Positions 38,901-47,306 of a stretch of 64,000 nt of DNA are shown in pieces (positions within the stretch are counted from its first letter, which is position 1; each line of letters opens with the position of its first letter). Source of the stretch: Verrucomicrobiales bacterium (GTDB lineage: Bacteria > Verrucomicrobiota > Verrucomicrobiia > Verrucomicrobiales > V1-33); contig JANOAV010000086.1 of NCBI GenBank assembly GCA_031411295.1, forward strand, positions 32,001 through 96,000. The letters are read 5' to 3'. The position numbers and the translations under genes are program-made. The notes beneath the pieces are model-generated. The model did no database searches. It had not been told where the DNA came from and saw only the letters and a list, made by a program, of their open reading frames with translations.

Positions 38901-39997
38901 AAAAAGCCGTGCTCACAGCGGTTAGTGGTGGACTGGAAACGGGGTATCGCTCTGAAGTGAACTTTGGCGCAGGGTTCACTATTGCGTCCTTCGGTCGCGT
39001 GCTCACAGGGAACCCCTTAGGGTCTCTTAAGCCTGAATTCTGGCCACAAACCACGCGCACGCCGGGCGCTGCAAATTCATCCGTCGTCGTCACACCGGTC
39101 ATCATTAACGAGATTAACTACCATCCGCAGGACCTGTTAGGGTTGGATAACGTGAGAGATGAATTTGTGGAATTCCACAATCCCACCACCACCGCCGTGG
39201 ACTTGAGCGGATGGCGACTGAAAGCAGCCAGCGATTTCACGTTCCCCAATGGAGCCACGCTGCGGCCAGGCGACTACATCGTAATCCTGGGCTTCGATCC
39301 CGCAGTGGACACGGCTTCCTTGGCTGCCTTCCGTGCGGCCACGGGCATGGACGCCAGCGTGCCAGTCTTCGGCCCATTCACGCCCAAACTCCCCAACGAC
39401 GAAGCGGAGGCGGAACTCGGCAAACCAGTGTTGCCAACAGGTTCATTCGTCAACGTGGACAAAGTCAGCTACATGGACGTGACCCCCTGGTCAACCCAAC
39501 CCGACGGCCTGGGTGGCTCACTCCAGCGGATCAGCCGAACCATCATCGGTAATGATCCCGCCAACTGGGGCGGTGCTGTCCCGACTCCCGGAAGAGTGAA
39601 CAGCAGCCAGCCCCCAATCACCGACAACGATGGCGACGGCATCCCTAACGCCTGGGAACTAGCCAACGGCTTGGATCCCTACAGCGCCAGCGATGCCGCG
39701 CTGGATTCCGATGGCGATGGCCAAAGCAACGTGAACGAATACCTCGCGCAAACCAATCCCAAGAGTGCCGCAGACGTCCTCAAAGCCACCTGCACCCTCG
39801 GTAGCCCCAACAACGTCATTTCCTTCACAGCCAAAGCCAACGTCACCTACAGCATCCTCGTCAGCAGCGACCTCAACCCCACCACCTGGACGAAGCTAAC
39901 CGACATCCCCGCCGGAGCCGAACGCCCCATCACCGTGAATGATCCGGCCACACCCAACCGCAGATTCTACAAACTAACGACGCCACAGGTGCCTTGA
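32975..39997 (+). CDS. giant secreted LamG-FN3x3-lamin tail domain (x5)-CotH kinase protein
   Basis: Signal peptide; LamG (FSVELW..WYHVV..GSVDEVAYY); three VTxYxGxTxGG repeats; five (V/L)xxNE LTD starts; CotH-like LHGSR..YKLRF and NHFF..PWDFD; C-terminal DGDG..N..EY..TNP module. Confidence 0.85.
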   Translation: MKFPHFVTCLRPIILSALAFWCGQAHAGNSIYNSAVLADGPLTFWSFDETTGTVANDSATAAGAPQQGAQNGSYENCTLGAPSGAVNLGTCITLNGTSARARFPYVSFFDLAAGDFSVELWYKTTSTARGDIFNFKNTNDFGIFANQAGNGTIGGWHNGFLPGIATVPINNWYHVVYVRTGGNITLYVNGVASGSQANAQSMSSGAEITVGDNKGGSWFAGSVDEVAYYPSALSAARVAAHYAAASQTSANAPVVLTGSATSIVGTSATLNGSFSAVGSPNPNVTIYWGPTNGGTVPANWANTVNLGAQSGAFATTITGLAPATTYYFIAYASNASGTSYGAPGSSFVSANGPPAVSNVAATNILASSATIGAQVTNTGGVTPVVTVYYGTTDGGTTVGNWANSVSLGTLNGTGTANISNLTMNSTYYFRALATNTAGSTWAASSGTFATPVASLPSVANSAATDITGYSASLRGTVTATGNDPPVVKIYYGTTDGGSTVGSWTSNVTLPAQPANFAKAVGGLAANTTYFYRAWAQNSAGSVWASSSSSFATTGFTPRSLVINEIHYHPVEEDAFNPDGTPTLDLTNDVHEFVEIYNNTGSPIVLDGFKLAGGIGFTFPVGTTITAGGYRVIAKNPARLMTVYSGLTNVLGPYTGTLGNNGDTVRIENGSGNLVDEVTYEAAFPWANGADAMGAAEDFTLVSPTPYQYKGRSLQRVSVTAESSDPANWLASPLGSAPTPGAVNAVSLAVPAPVGVSFSAVQSADDAALIRAAATVRVTFTLTSTAGLFNPQVEYFVDNINSFAEVHSFVSLTGIGNNQFTAVLPGQVDRSIVRYRFLGNLGAGMVQLVPRMDDAKIVPVSFTGREAWCSYFVTPVRTSTNSIYDLFVSNDGTATNPGAPFNGLNGLQTMGYNSLGNPKRATTADTNGVPRDVPYVPATAQLWNGSVPAIFVENGRVRDAHFRLHGSRYNRSPTRQTYKLRFSDTERYQDADSEFITDKSDYFSVMHGLYQNANLPISAVRWIDWYMNGDAKVVKLEQGEYNGDLLDKFHTAQAALNPGTPKEASGEFYKDVGIISSFGEEGPYSTGDGRPLVGSGLWSTVQKYQWTYLMQSNSWKGATQMKNFFENMWAARADTVAAPNPNVPALRAYLDSVMDVDTELTSMAILNWACPWDDTSQNHFFWQRANGKWAHFPWDFDGFFGNGDTTGANSWIYLGENGTPSPATNTYGTVLGNNFRGPNYFKDSFLKAYRTEYNARLWVLNNTYLHPDTLKTIFFTTGTGAPQSYYSYINAVKAGFCEGRFNSVNVQLGKAADGSDFLRPAKPTNAAPLAGSTALPASNMTASAYTHSSGNTTGGNAHTKSKWELRHSAGTYLAPIMVTTSTTNLTSMPIPFADLTFGQTYFWRVTYIDASDHPSLTSAETSFIYGPQASSQTIINFGDAWKYNNSTAFTDNSWAQPAFNDSAWTNGNGVFLQSGEPILAPGAAGTVVPAPGTLTPAGRAYLFRKHFNFPANPLTATIRIRHYVDDGCVIWINGQKVHRYFMNEQANYTTAEFDAAAAGPGEAAYQYADAVTNTTNFAYIDPRPFMVQGDNVIAVEVHQVNATSSDIVMGLEMTAVLPALAGDVVINEILANGGGAADYIELKNNTNAVVSLTNHGLTDDILNPTRYVFPAGTTIPANGYLRIYCDNDLLTPGLHTGFGLSSGGQAVVLTNAGTLRDRVPFGPQARGLSIGRVPDGTGGFVLTTPSPLATNIAVATLGSTANLRVNEWMASPAHGDDWFEIYNTDANPVALAGLYLSDTPSTPLLTQIPALSFIAGKGYADFVADGSTTGFNRCNFKLSGSGERILITSTSGAATLDSVIFGTQQTNVSQGRLPDGGGTILAFPFSSSREGSNWLESQVVVNELQNSSGIADDFIELKNLSAAAINISGWWLSDDGDVRQKYQFPSGTIIPAGGLLSIFQTQFGAGTIPFAFSASGEKAVLTAVSGGLETGYRSEVNFGAGFTIASFGRVLTGNPLGSLKPEFWPQTTRTPGAANSSVVVTPVIINEINYHPQDLLGLDNVRDEFVEFHNPTTTAVDLSGWRLKAASDFTFPNGATLRPGDYIVILGFDPAVDTASLAAFRAATGMDASVPVFGPFTPKLPNDEAEAELGKPVLPTGSFVNVDKVSYMDVTPWSTQPDGLGGSLQRISRTIIGNDPANWGGAVPTPGRVNSSQPPITDNDGDGIPNAWELANGLDPYSASDAALDSDGDGQSNVNEYLAQTNPKSAADVLKATCTLGSPNNVISFTAKANVTYSILVSSDLNPTTWTKLTDIPAGAERPITVNDPATPNRRFYKLTTPQVP

Positions 39998-40024
39998 GTT
40001 GGAGCGCGTTTGAAGCCTCACAAC

Positions 40025-40150
40025 GTAGCGGGAGTGCCCTCGCTCCCATTCATTGCCTCGGAGACGCCCTCGTCCCCGGTGATTGCTCCCGCTGGACTGG
40101 GAGCGGTGGCGCTTCTTTTACGATGTGGTGAGCGAGGGCGCTCACCCTAC
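40025..40150. repeat. REP-like inverted repeat pair
   Basis: GTAGCGGGAGTGCCCTCGCT ... AGCGAGGGCGCTCACCCTAC (3 mismatches). Confidence 0.6.
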
Positions 40151-40414
40151 AGTGATATCCGCCTAGATAATCTGCTGGCCATGGACAGGCAGCTGTGCGT
40201 CGCTGAGTGGATTCATTTTCCCGCCCTATGAAACAGGCTTGCCATGGTCCCCCTTCCGTCTTCGTCCACCCGGTGAGCAGGGAGGCGTTGGTGGGGTTCG
40301 TGAAATATTTTTTGCAACCATTCAGCGGTCTGGGAGTTTGAATGAGCGTGCGCATTTCGTCGCCACGATCGGAGTCGGACTAGCCGCGCATTACCCAACC
40401 AACCTATCCATCAT

Positions 40415-40792
40415 ATGAAAAAAATTACCTCCCTCCTGGCTCTCGCAGCCTTCACATTCTGCCAAGCCCAAGCTGAAGACAAGCCTGCCAGCCCACCTCC
40501 TGGCGAAGGCGGCGGACCAGGCAAAGGCCGTCCTTCTCCTGAGAAGATGATTGAGCACCTCGACACCGATAAAGATGGGTTTATCTCTGAAACCGAATTC
40601 AAAGCCGGTCCGCGCGCCAAGGAGAATCCAGAAAAGGCTGCAGAGATCTTCAAAAAGATGGACACCGACAAAGACGGCAAACTTTCGCTCGATGAAATCA
40701 AGAAAGCTCCTCGTCCCCAAGGCCCACCTCCCGGTGGCGAAGGCGGCAAAGGCAAGGGTGACCGCAAAGGCCCACCCCCAGCAAATAAATAA
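40415..40792 (+). CDS. secreted EF-hand protein
   Basis: Signal peptide; DTDKDGFISETE and DTDKDGKLSLDE EF loops. Confidence 0.9.
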   Translation: MKKITSLLALAAFTFCQAQAEDKPASPPPGEGGGPGKGRPSPEKMIEHLDTDKDGFISETEFKAGPRAKENPEKAAEIFKKMDTDKDGKLSLDEIKKAPRPQGPPPGGEGGKGKGDRKGPPPANK

Positions 40793-40821
40793 TCCCCCCA
40801 CAGTAACGCAAGTTCTGTGCG

Positions 40822-40854
40822 AAGGCACCCCGAGGCAGCCGGGGTGCCTTTTTT
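40822..40854 (+). terminator. rho-independent terminator
   Basis: AAGGCACCCCG/CGGGGTGCCTT stem followed by a T run. Confidence 0.85.
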
Positions 40855-40987
40855 GTTGGTTAGACGTCGAGTTCCAACGATCAGAAAATCTTAAGCACTG
40901 GTGAATTTTTCTGATTGGGGTGGAACCGATGATTCAGGCAGGGCATGCAGGCCCGCTGGGCCGAGCTGGAAAGAGTTGCGCCGTCCA

Positions 40988-41010
40988 GGAGCAGCCCAGC
41001 GGACTGCTCC
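40988..41010. repeat. REP-like palindrome, same family as 18769-18789 and 19101-19117
   Basis: GGAGCAGCCCAGCGGACTGCTCC. Confidence 0.7.
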
Positions 41011-41081
41011 ACACTCGTTGGCTCGGAACTTACACTGCTTATTTGTCCCAGCCCTAAAATTTTCGGCTGATTTTCCGGAAG

Positions 41082-42740
41082 ATGCCTGCATGGTGGCGGC
41101 TCATGGTGTTTATCTCCCGATCTCTCTGTTACCTTTTCTGCCTGCTGGGCTGTGTTTCCTGTCAAAAACGGGAATCGCTGGCTACCGTGGCTGCGCGGCA
41201 AAAAATCCTCCTCAAAGGGAATGGTGGGGAACCGCGGAGCTTGGACCTGCATTTGATCCAAACGACCACCGAACACCAACTGATCACCTCCATGTTCGAG
41301 GGGTTAGTGAACGAGGACGCGTCCGACGACACCAAGGTGCAACCTGGGGTGGCGGAGACATGGGAATCACTTGATGGCGCTGCGCGCTGGATCTTTCATT
41401 TGCGAACAACGGCAAAATGGTCGGACGGCACGCCACTGGTGGCCGAGGATTTCGTGAAGACCTACAAACGTCAGCTCTCCCCGAACTTTGGGGCGCTCTA
41501 CGCCGACATGCTTTACAAGCTGAAGAACGCCGAGGACTATCATCAGGGCAAAATCAGCGATTTTGCCCAAGTGGGCGTTAAAGCTTTGGATTCACATACC
41601 CTGGAGCTGACGTTTAATGGCCCGCTGCCGTATTTGCTCCAAGTGCTGACGCATTTCACCTGGTCACCGTTGCCGACGCACGTCATCGAGAAATACGGGG
41701 ACTTGGAAAGTCGCTTCAACCTCTGGACCCGCCCCGGCAAGATGGTGGGGAATGGTCCGTTCCAGTTGAAGGAATGGAAATTTAAAGAATACATCGAGGT
41801 GGAGCGCAATCCGCACTACTGGAATGCAGCCAAAGTGAAGCTGAACGGCGTGCGCTTCGTGGCCGTGACGGATCTGGCCACCGAAGAGCGCATGTTCCGC
41901 AATGGCCGGCTGCATATCACCGAGCAGATGGGGTTGGACCGGATTCCTTTTTACCGCAGTAAGTTTCCTGACTTACTGCGCATCAACCCTTATCTCGGAG
42001 TCTATTTCTTCAGAATCAATGTCACCAAGGAAGCCTTCAAAGATCAGCGGGTGCGCTGGGCGCTGAATTTGGCGGTGGACCGGGACACGCTGGTAAACCA
42101 GACACTGCAGGGGGCGCACCAACCGGCCTATGGCTTGACCCCACCCATGCAGGCTCCGTATAAATTACCGCGCCCCCTAACGTTTGATGTGCCGAAGGCG
42201 CAGAAACTACTCGCAGAAGCAGGTTATCCCGGCGGTCAGGGCTTTCCTAAATTCAGCATCCACGTCAATGATGTGGAATCCCACGTATTGATCGCCCAAG
42301 TGCTGCAGGATATGTGGAAACGCAATCTAGGACTGACCGTGGGCATCCGCACCGAGTCGTCGAATGTCTTCTACGACACCCAAATCCGCTTGGACTACGA
42401 GGTCTCCCGGGCGGGCTGGATTGCAGACTTCATTGAGCCGATTACCTTCTTGGACATGTGGACCACCGGGAATCAGAACAACAACACGGGTTGGTCCAGT
42501 CCCAAATTCGACCAACTGATGCGCGATTCCTACGTGACCGCTGATCCTGCGGCTCGTGGGAAAATCCTGGAGGAGGCCGAAAATTTGTTCATGCAGGAAC
42601 TGCCGATCATTCCGATCTACTGGTATAACAAGCAACGCTTGGTGCATCCAGCGGTCAAAGGATGGAATGAAAAATTGTTGGATAGTCACCCGTGGGATCA
42701 AGTGGATCTGGGCGAGGAAATTTTACCGGAGATCAAATAA
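41082..42740 (+). CDS. oppA: oligopeptide ABC transporter substrate-binding lipoprotein
   Basis: Lipobox-like CVSC; EPRSLD, FEGLV, KWSDGTP, GNGPF, RAGWIADF motifs. Confidence 0.9.
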   Translation: MPAWWRLMVFISRSLCYLFCLLGCVSCQKRESLATVAARQKILLKGNGGEPRSLDLHLIQTTTEHQLITSMFEGLVNEDASDDTKVQPGVAETWESLDGAARWIFHLRTTAKWSDGTPLVAEDFVKTYKRQLSPNFGALYADMLYKLKNAEDYHQGKISDFAQVGVKALDSHTLELTFNGPLPYLLQVLTHFTWSPLPTHVIEKYGDLESRFNLWTRPGKMVGNGPFQLKEWKFKEYIEVERNPHYWNAAKVKLNGVRFVAVTDLATEERMFRNGRLHITEQMGLDRIPFYRSKFPDLLRINPYLGVYFFRINVTKEAFKDQRVRWALNLAVDRDTLVNQTLQGAHQPAYGLTPPMQAPYKLPRPLTFDVPKAQKLLAEAGYPGGQGFPKFSIHVNDVESHVLIAQVLQDMWKRNLGLTVGIRTESSNVFYDTQIRLDYEVSRAGWIADFIEPITFLDMWTTGNQNNNTGWSSPKFDQLMRDSYVTADPAARGKILEEAENLFMQELPIIPIYWYNKQRLVHPAVKGWNEKLLDSHPWDQVDLGEEILPEIK

Positions 42741-42742
42741 CC

Positions 42743-43666
42743 ATGGTGCGCTATATCATAAAACGCTTTGTGCAGTCGTTGCTGGTAATCTGGGCCGTGG
42801 TGACGGCGGCATTTTTCATGATCAAGGCCACCCCCGGCAATCCCTTCGCTTCTGACAAGGCCTCCACCAAATTTGTCGTGGAGCAGAATATGAAGATTTA
42901 CGGATTGGATAAGCCGCTCAGCGTGCAGTATGTCCGTTTCTGGAACAACGCCTTGCAGGGAGAGTTCGGTTATTCCTTCAAATACGAAGGTCGGTCGGTG
43001 CGGGAGATCATTGCGGATTCGTTTCCCACGTCCCTCAAGCTGGGGCTGCTGGCGCTGGCGTTTGCCGTGCTCTGGGGCGTGCCGATTGGCGTCTATGCCG
43101 CCGTGCGGCAGAATACGTGGCAGGATTTCCTGCCCATGGGGCTGGCAATGTTGGGGGTGGGTTTGCCGAGTTTTGTGATGGGGCCGCTGCTGGCGTTGCT
43201 CTTTGGGTTGAAGTTAGGCTGGTTCAATGTGGCGGGCTTAACCGATTGGTCAGACTGGGTGCTGCCCTCCGCTACCATCGGATTTTTCTATGCGGCGTAT
43301 TTCGCCCGCATGGCGCGCGGAGGCATGCTGGAAACGCTGTCGCAAGACTTCGTGCGCACCGCCAAGGCCAAGGGGGTGCCGGGCTGGCGGATCGTCATGT
43401 TCCATGCGCTCCGCGGGGGCTTGCTCCCCGTGCTTTCGTTTCTGGGGCCGGCTCTGGCGGGCTTGGTCGTGGGTTCCTTCGTGGTGGAGACGGTATTTCT
43501 CATTCCAGGATTGGGACAACATTTTACCGAGGCCGCCCTCAACAAGGACTATTCGGTGGTGCTGGGCACTGCTGCTTTCTACTGCACGCTGCTGGTGCTG
43601 GCTAATTTCCTGGTGGACATTCTGCAGGTGTGGCTGAACCCCCGACTCCGTTTCTCTGACGCATGA
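42743..43666 (+). CDS. oppB: oligopeptide ABC transporter permease
   Basis: YGLDKPL..QY; DFVRTAKAKG EAA loop; VETVF.IPGLG. Confidence 0.9.
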   Translation: MVRYIIKRFVQSLLVIWAVVTAAFFMIKATPGNPFASDKASTKFVVEQNMKIYGLDKPLSVQYVRFWNNALQGEFGYSFKYEGRSVREIIADSFPTSLKLGLLALAFAVLWGVPIGVYAAVRQNTWQDFLPMGLAMLGVGLPSFVMGPLLALLFGLKLGWFNVAGLTDWSDWVLPSATIGFFYAAYFARMARGGMLETLSQDFVRTAKAKGVPGWRIVMFHALRGGLLPVLSFLGPALAGLVVGSFVVETVFLIPGLGQHFTEAALNKDYSVVLGTAAFYCTLLVLANFLVDILQVWLNPRLRFSDA

Positions 43667-44568
43667 AATCAGCCCATCCTAACATCGAGTCTTTTGAGCA
43701 CGGCACCTCGTTGTGGGTGGATGCCTGGCATCGCTTCCGGCAGAATTGGCTGGCGGTGCTCTGTGGCATCATGTTCCTCGCCATTGCCCTGACGTGCTTT
43801 CTGGGACCCCTCGTTAGTCCGTATTCCGAATCGCTGACAGACCTGGCGCTGAAAGCGACGCCCCCCAGCCGGGACCATTGGTTCGGGACGGATCAACTCG
43901 GGCGGGATTTACTGGTAAGAGTGCTTTATGGCGGGCAAATTTCCCTGGCCGTAGGCTTACTGGCCTCGTTGGTCTCCGTGATCATTGGCGTGGCTTACGG
44001 GGCCACAGCTGGTTACCTGGGGGGAAAGACGGATGATGCCATGATGCGCTTCGTGGACGTGCTCTTCGGAATTCCCTTTATCATTTTCGTCATCCTATTG
44101 CGGGTCGTGCTCGCGCCGTATCTTGACTCCTCTGGCAAGCGATTGCTGGTGCTGTTTCTTGCCATTGGCGTGGTGGAATGGCTAACGATGGCGCGGATTG
44201 TGCGGGGGGTGGTCTTGTCCTTGAGTAAAATGGAATTTACCGAAGCGGCCCGCTCTCTGGGACTGAGCAGCCGTCGCATCATTTTCCATCATCTGGTGCC
44301 GAACACGCTGGGACATGTGATAGTCTATGCCACTCTAACCGTTCCGGCAGTGATGTTGACCGAGGCCGTGCTCAGCTTCCTGGGGCTGGGCGTGGAGCCC
44401 CCCCAAAGCTCCTGGGGCCTGTTGATCAAAGAGGGCACTGCGGCCATGGAGACGTTCCCGTGGCTGTTGATTTTCCCAGCCTTGTTTTTCTCTGTCAGCA
44501 TGTTCTGCTTGAATTTTGTGGGCGATGGCTTGCGCGATGCCCTGGACGTAAAAGGAGCCAAAGATTGA
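43663..44568 (+). CDS. oppC: oligopeptide ABC transporter permease
   Basis: HWFGTDQLGRD; EFTEAARSLG; NFVGDGLRDALD. Confidence 0.9.
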   Translation: MKSAHPNIESFEHGTSLWVDAWHRFRQNWLAVLCGIMFLAIALTCFLGPLVSPYSESLTDLALKATPPSRDHWFGTDQLGRDLLVRVLYGGQISLAVGLLASLVSVIIGVAYGATAGYLGGKTDDAMMRFVDVLFGIPFIIFVILLRVVLAPYLDSSGKRLLVLFLAIGVVEWLTMARIVRGVVLSLSKMEFTEAARSLGLSSRRIIFHHLVPNTLGHVIVYATLTVPAVMLTEAVLSFLGLGVEPPQSSWGLLIKEGTAAMETFPWLLIFPALFFSVSMFCLNFVGDGLRDALDVKGAKD

Positions 44569-45038
44569 TGAAACCGCACCGACTGTTATTTGTTTGCCTG
44601 GGCAACATTTGTCGCTCCCCCGCTGCCGAAGGCGTGATGCGGCATCTGGTGGCGGAGGCTGGGGTGGCGGAGCAATATGTGATCGACTCTGCAGGCACGG
44701 GGGATTGGCACACCGGCCAGCTGCCAGATAACCGCATGCGCCAACACGGAGCCAAGCGTGGTTATGCGTTCGACAGCAGAGCCCGCCAGGTGCGTCCGGA
44801 TGACTTCACGAACTTCGATCTGATTTTAGTCATGGATCGGCAGAACCTGAGGGATATCCGCGAGTTCGCCCCGCGTGCCACCGACATGGTCAAAGTCCGC
44901 CTCTTCTGTGATTACGTGAGTGATCGCCCCGAAACAGAAGTGCCGGACCCATATTACGGTGGTTCGGATGGCTTCGAAATCGTTTTGGACTTGGCAGAAA
45001 ATGGCGCCCGCGGTCTGCTTAAAGCGCTCTCCGCATAA
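44568..45038 (+). CDS. low-molecular-weight protein-tyrosine phosphatase
   Basis: VCLGNICRSP P-loop, DSAGT, VPDPYYG. ATG overlaps the oppC TGA. Confidence 0.95.
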   Translation: MKPHRLLFVCLGNICRSPAAEGVMRHLVAEAGVAEQYVIDSAGTGDWHTGQLPDNRMRQHGAKRGYAFDSRARQVRPDDFTNFDLILVMDRQNLRDIREFAPRATDMVKVRLFCDYVSDRPETEVPDPYYGGSDGFEIVLDLAENGARGLLKALSA

Positions 45039-45087
45039 TCCACCGTGACCGGTCGCGACTCTCTGGCGCATTCATTTCCGTAACCCC

Positions 45088-45972
45088 ATGAAGAAATCCC
45101 CCACCCCCATCTCCGTCCGCACTGGCAACATCCAGTTCTTGCGCACGAATTCGAATCGTCGCGAGTGGCGGGACATTTACCGGACGGTCTTGGCACTGAC
45201 TTGGCCGCGTTTTGCACTCGTGGTCTTGTCGATTTATCTGGGGCTAAATCTCTTGTTCGCCACGGCTTATCTCCTGGGCGGGGATTGCATTGCGGAAATG
45301 GAACCAGGCTCGTTCACCAGCGCCTTCTTCTTCAGTGTGCAGACGCTCTCCACGGTGGGGTTCGGGCACCTGTATCCCGCCACGCTCTACGGAGACATCA
45401 TCACGACCATCGAAATTGTGGTTGGCATGTTCTTCACGGCCGTGGTGACGGGATTAATTTTCGTGCGCTTTTCCCGTCCGGTCGCACGGCTGTTGTTCAG
45501 TCGGTCTATGGTCATCTGTCCGTTTAATGGCAAGCCCTCCCTACAACTACGGGTGGCCAATCAACAGCACGAACCCATGGTGGAAGCAGAGTTTCGCTTG
45601 ATGCTGATTCGCAAAGAACAAGTGCTGGAAGACGATGATGTGCGACGTTTCTACACGCTGAAGCTGGAATACGAGCGGGTCATCGTGTTCCCTTCCGCGC
45701 TGACGATCCGACACTTGATCGACGAGAGCAGCCCGCTCTTCGGCGTGACCCCGGAACAATTGCAGCAGTGGGAGGCGCGTTTCCTAACCTCTATTGTTTG
45801 CATCGACACCGTGATCCAAGCACCGGTGCAGAGTCATTTTGATTACACCTGGCGAGACGTTTGTTTCGACCATCGTTTTGTCGAAATTTACACGGACCGG
45901 GCAGATGGAGCTTACGAAGTGGACTACGGACGGGTTCACGAGACTGAACCGGTGCCAAGAGTTGGTTCGTAG
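45088..45972 (+). CDS. inward-rectifier potassium channel (KirBac family)
   Basis: AFFFSVQTLSTVGFG filter; GLIFVRFSRP; H.IDESSPL.G. Confidence 0.92.
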   Translation: MKKSPTPISVRTGNIQFLRTNSNRREWRDIYRTVLALTWPRFALVVLSIYLGLNLLFATAYLLGGDCIAEMEPGSFTSAFFFSVQTLSTVGFGHLYPATLYGDIITTIEIVVGMFFTAVVTGLIFVRFSRPVARLLFSRSMVICPFNGKPSLQLRVANQQHEPMVEAEFRLMLIRKEQVLEDDDVRRFYTLKLEYERVIVFPSALTIRHLIDESSPLFGVTPEQLQQWEARFLTSIVCIDTVIQAPVQSHFDYTWRDVCFDHRFVEIYTDRADGAYEVDYGRVHETEPVPRVGS

Positions 45973-45977
45973 CTGAA

Positions 45978-47060
45978 TTACGATGCGTTGATGGTCGGGT
46001 AGTCGGTGTAACCCTTGGCATCATTGCTATAGAAAGTGCTGCCGTCTGGTTCGACCAATGGGTGACCACCTTGAATCCGCGCAACGAGATCTGGGTTGCT
46101 AACGTAGTGATGCCCGAAGGCAACTGCCGCCAGGGAGCCATCCGTGATCGCTGCGGCGGCTTCGGTCGGGGTGTAGCCCATGTTTCCAACCAAAGCGCCT
46201 TGAAATGCCGCGCGGGCTGCCGAAACCACATCGCCTTGTTGCAGCCCGAAGAAATCTCCGCGCATCAAATGCAGATAGGCAATACCACAAGCGTTGAGCT
46301 GGCTGGCCACATAGGAGGTTAGGCCCACGGGATCGCTGTCGCGCATGTCGTTGTAGCTGTTCAGCGGAGAAATTCGCACCCCCACCCGATCCGCTCCCCA
46401 CACGCTGATCACCGCGCCCGTGACTTCAAGGAGTAAGCGGGCGCGATTCTCTAACGAACCGCCATACGGGCCACTGCGTTGGTTGCTGCCGTCGCGCAAG
46501 AATTCATCCAGCAAATATCCATTGGCTCCGTGGACTTCCACGCCATCGAAGCCCGCCGCTTTCGCGTTCTCGGCTGCTTTGCGGAAGCCGGCAATAATCG
46601 TGGGGAGTTCATCATCACGCAATTCCCGTGGAATCTCATAGGGCTTCTTTCCTTGTGGCGTATGCGTTTCATCGTTAGTGATGCGCAAGGGGCTGGGCGC
46701 GACCGGTTGCGCCCCGTTGTTCAAGAGTGAATGACAAGCGCGACCACCGTGCCAGATTTGCAGAATGATCTGTCCTCCATTGGCATGCACTGCGTCGGTG
46801 ACTTTTTTCCAAGCGGCCACCTGAGCCTCGGAATAAATGCCGGGTTCGCGCGCTCCGAAGGCAGAATTTCCCTCGATGGCCATCGTCGCCTCAGCTACGA
46901 TGAGGCCAGCGCTGGCACGCTGCGCATAATATTCGGCCATGATGGCGGTGGGCACATGATCGGCGTCCGCACGGCAACGCGTGAGGGGTGCCATGAGAAT
47001 ACGATTTGGGAGCGCTAACGCACCGAGTTTTACGGGAGTGAAGAGAATGGAGTTGGACAT
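45978..47060 (-). CDS. nemA: alkene reductase / N-ethylmaleimide reductase (old yellow enzyme)
   Basis: MAPLTR.RA, YYAQRASAGL, QIWHGGR, GFDGVEVHGANGYLL, GYTDYP. Confidence 0.9.
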   Translation of the reverse strand: MSNSILFTPVKLGALALPNRILMAPLTRCRADADHVPTAIMAEYYAQRASAGLIVAEATMAIEGNSAFGAREPGIYSEAQVAAWKKVTDAVHANGGQIILQIWHGGRACHSLLNNGAQPVAPSPLRITNDETHTPQGKKPYEIPRELRDDELPTIIAGFRKAAENAKAAGFDGVEVHGANGYLLDEFLRDGSNQRSGPYGGSLENRARLLLEVTGAVISVWGADRVGVRISPLNSYNDMRDSDPVGLTSYVASQLNACGIAYLHLMRGDFFGLQQGDVVSAARAAFQGALVGNMGYTPTEAAAAITDGSLAAVAFGHHYVSNPDLVARIQGGHPLVEPDGSTFYSNDAKGYTDYPTINAS

Positions 47061-47165
47061 AGATTTTAAGGGGTAAGCAAGTTGAGTTGGCGTCCGGGCT
47101 TTTACCGGTAAGGAAAGGATAGGCTCTGGCGGCCGCAGCCTAAAGGCCGAAGTCCACCAGTATTA

Positions 47166-47306
47166 TTAGAAACGAGGGTTATCGGAAAAGAAATCCGCGT
47201 CAACCGCAAGTGATCCTCCAGTAAAAAACGGTGTGGCAGCGCAGGCAAGGAACCGCACGACTTTCGCGATTTCATCGGTGTCCCCAATTGAGGGCAATTC
47301 AGCCAT
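47166..47306 (-). pseudogene. C-terminal remnant of an SDR oxidoreductase
   Basis: Hand translation: (PIP)MAELPSIGDTDEIAKVVRFLACAATPFFTGGSLAVDAD..*, which is the SDR C-terminal signature. Confidence 0.7.
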
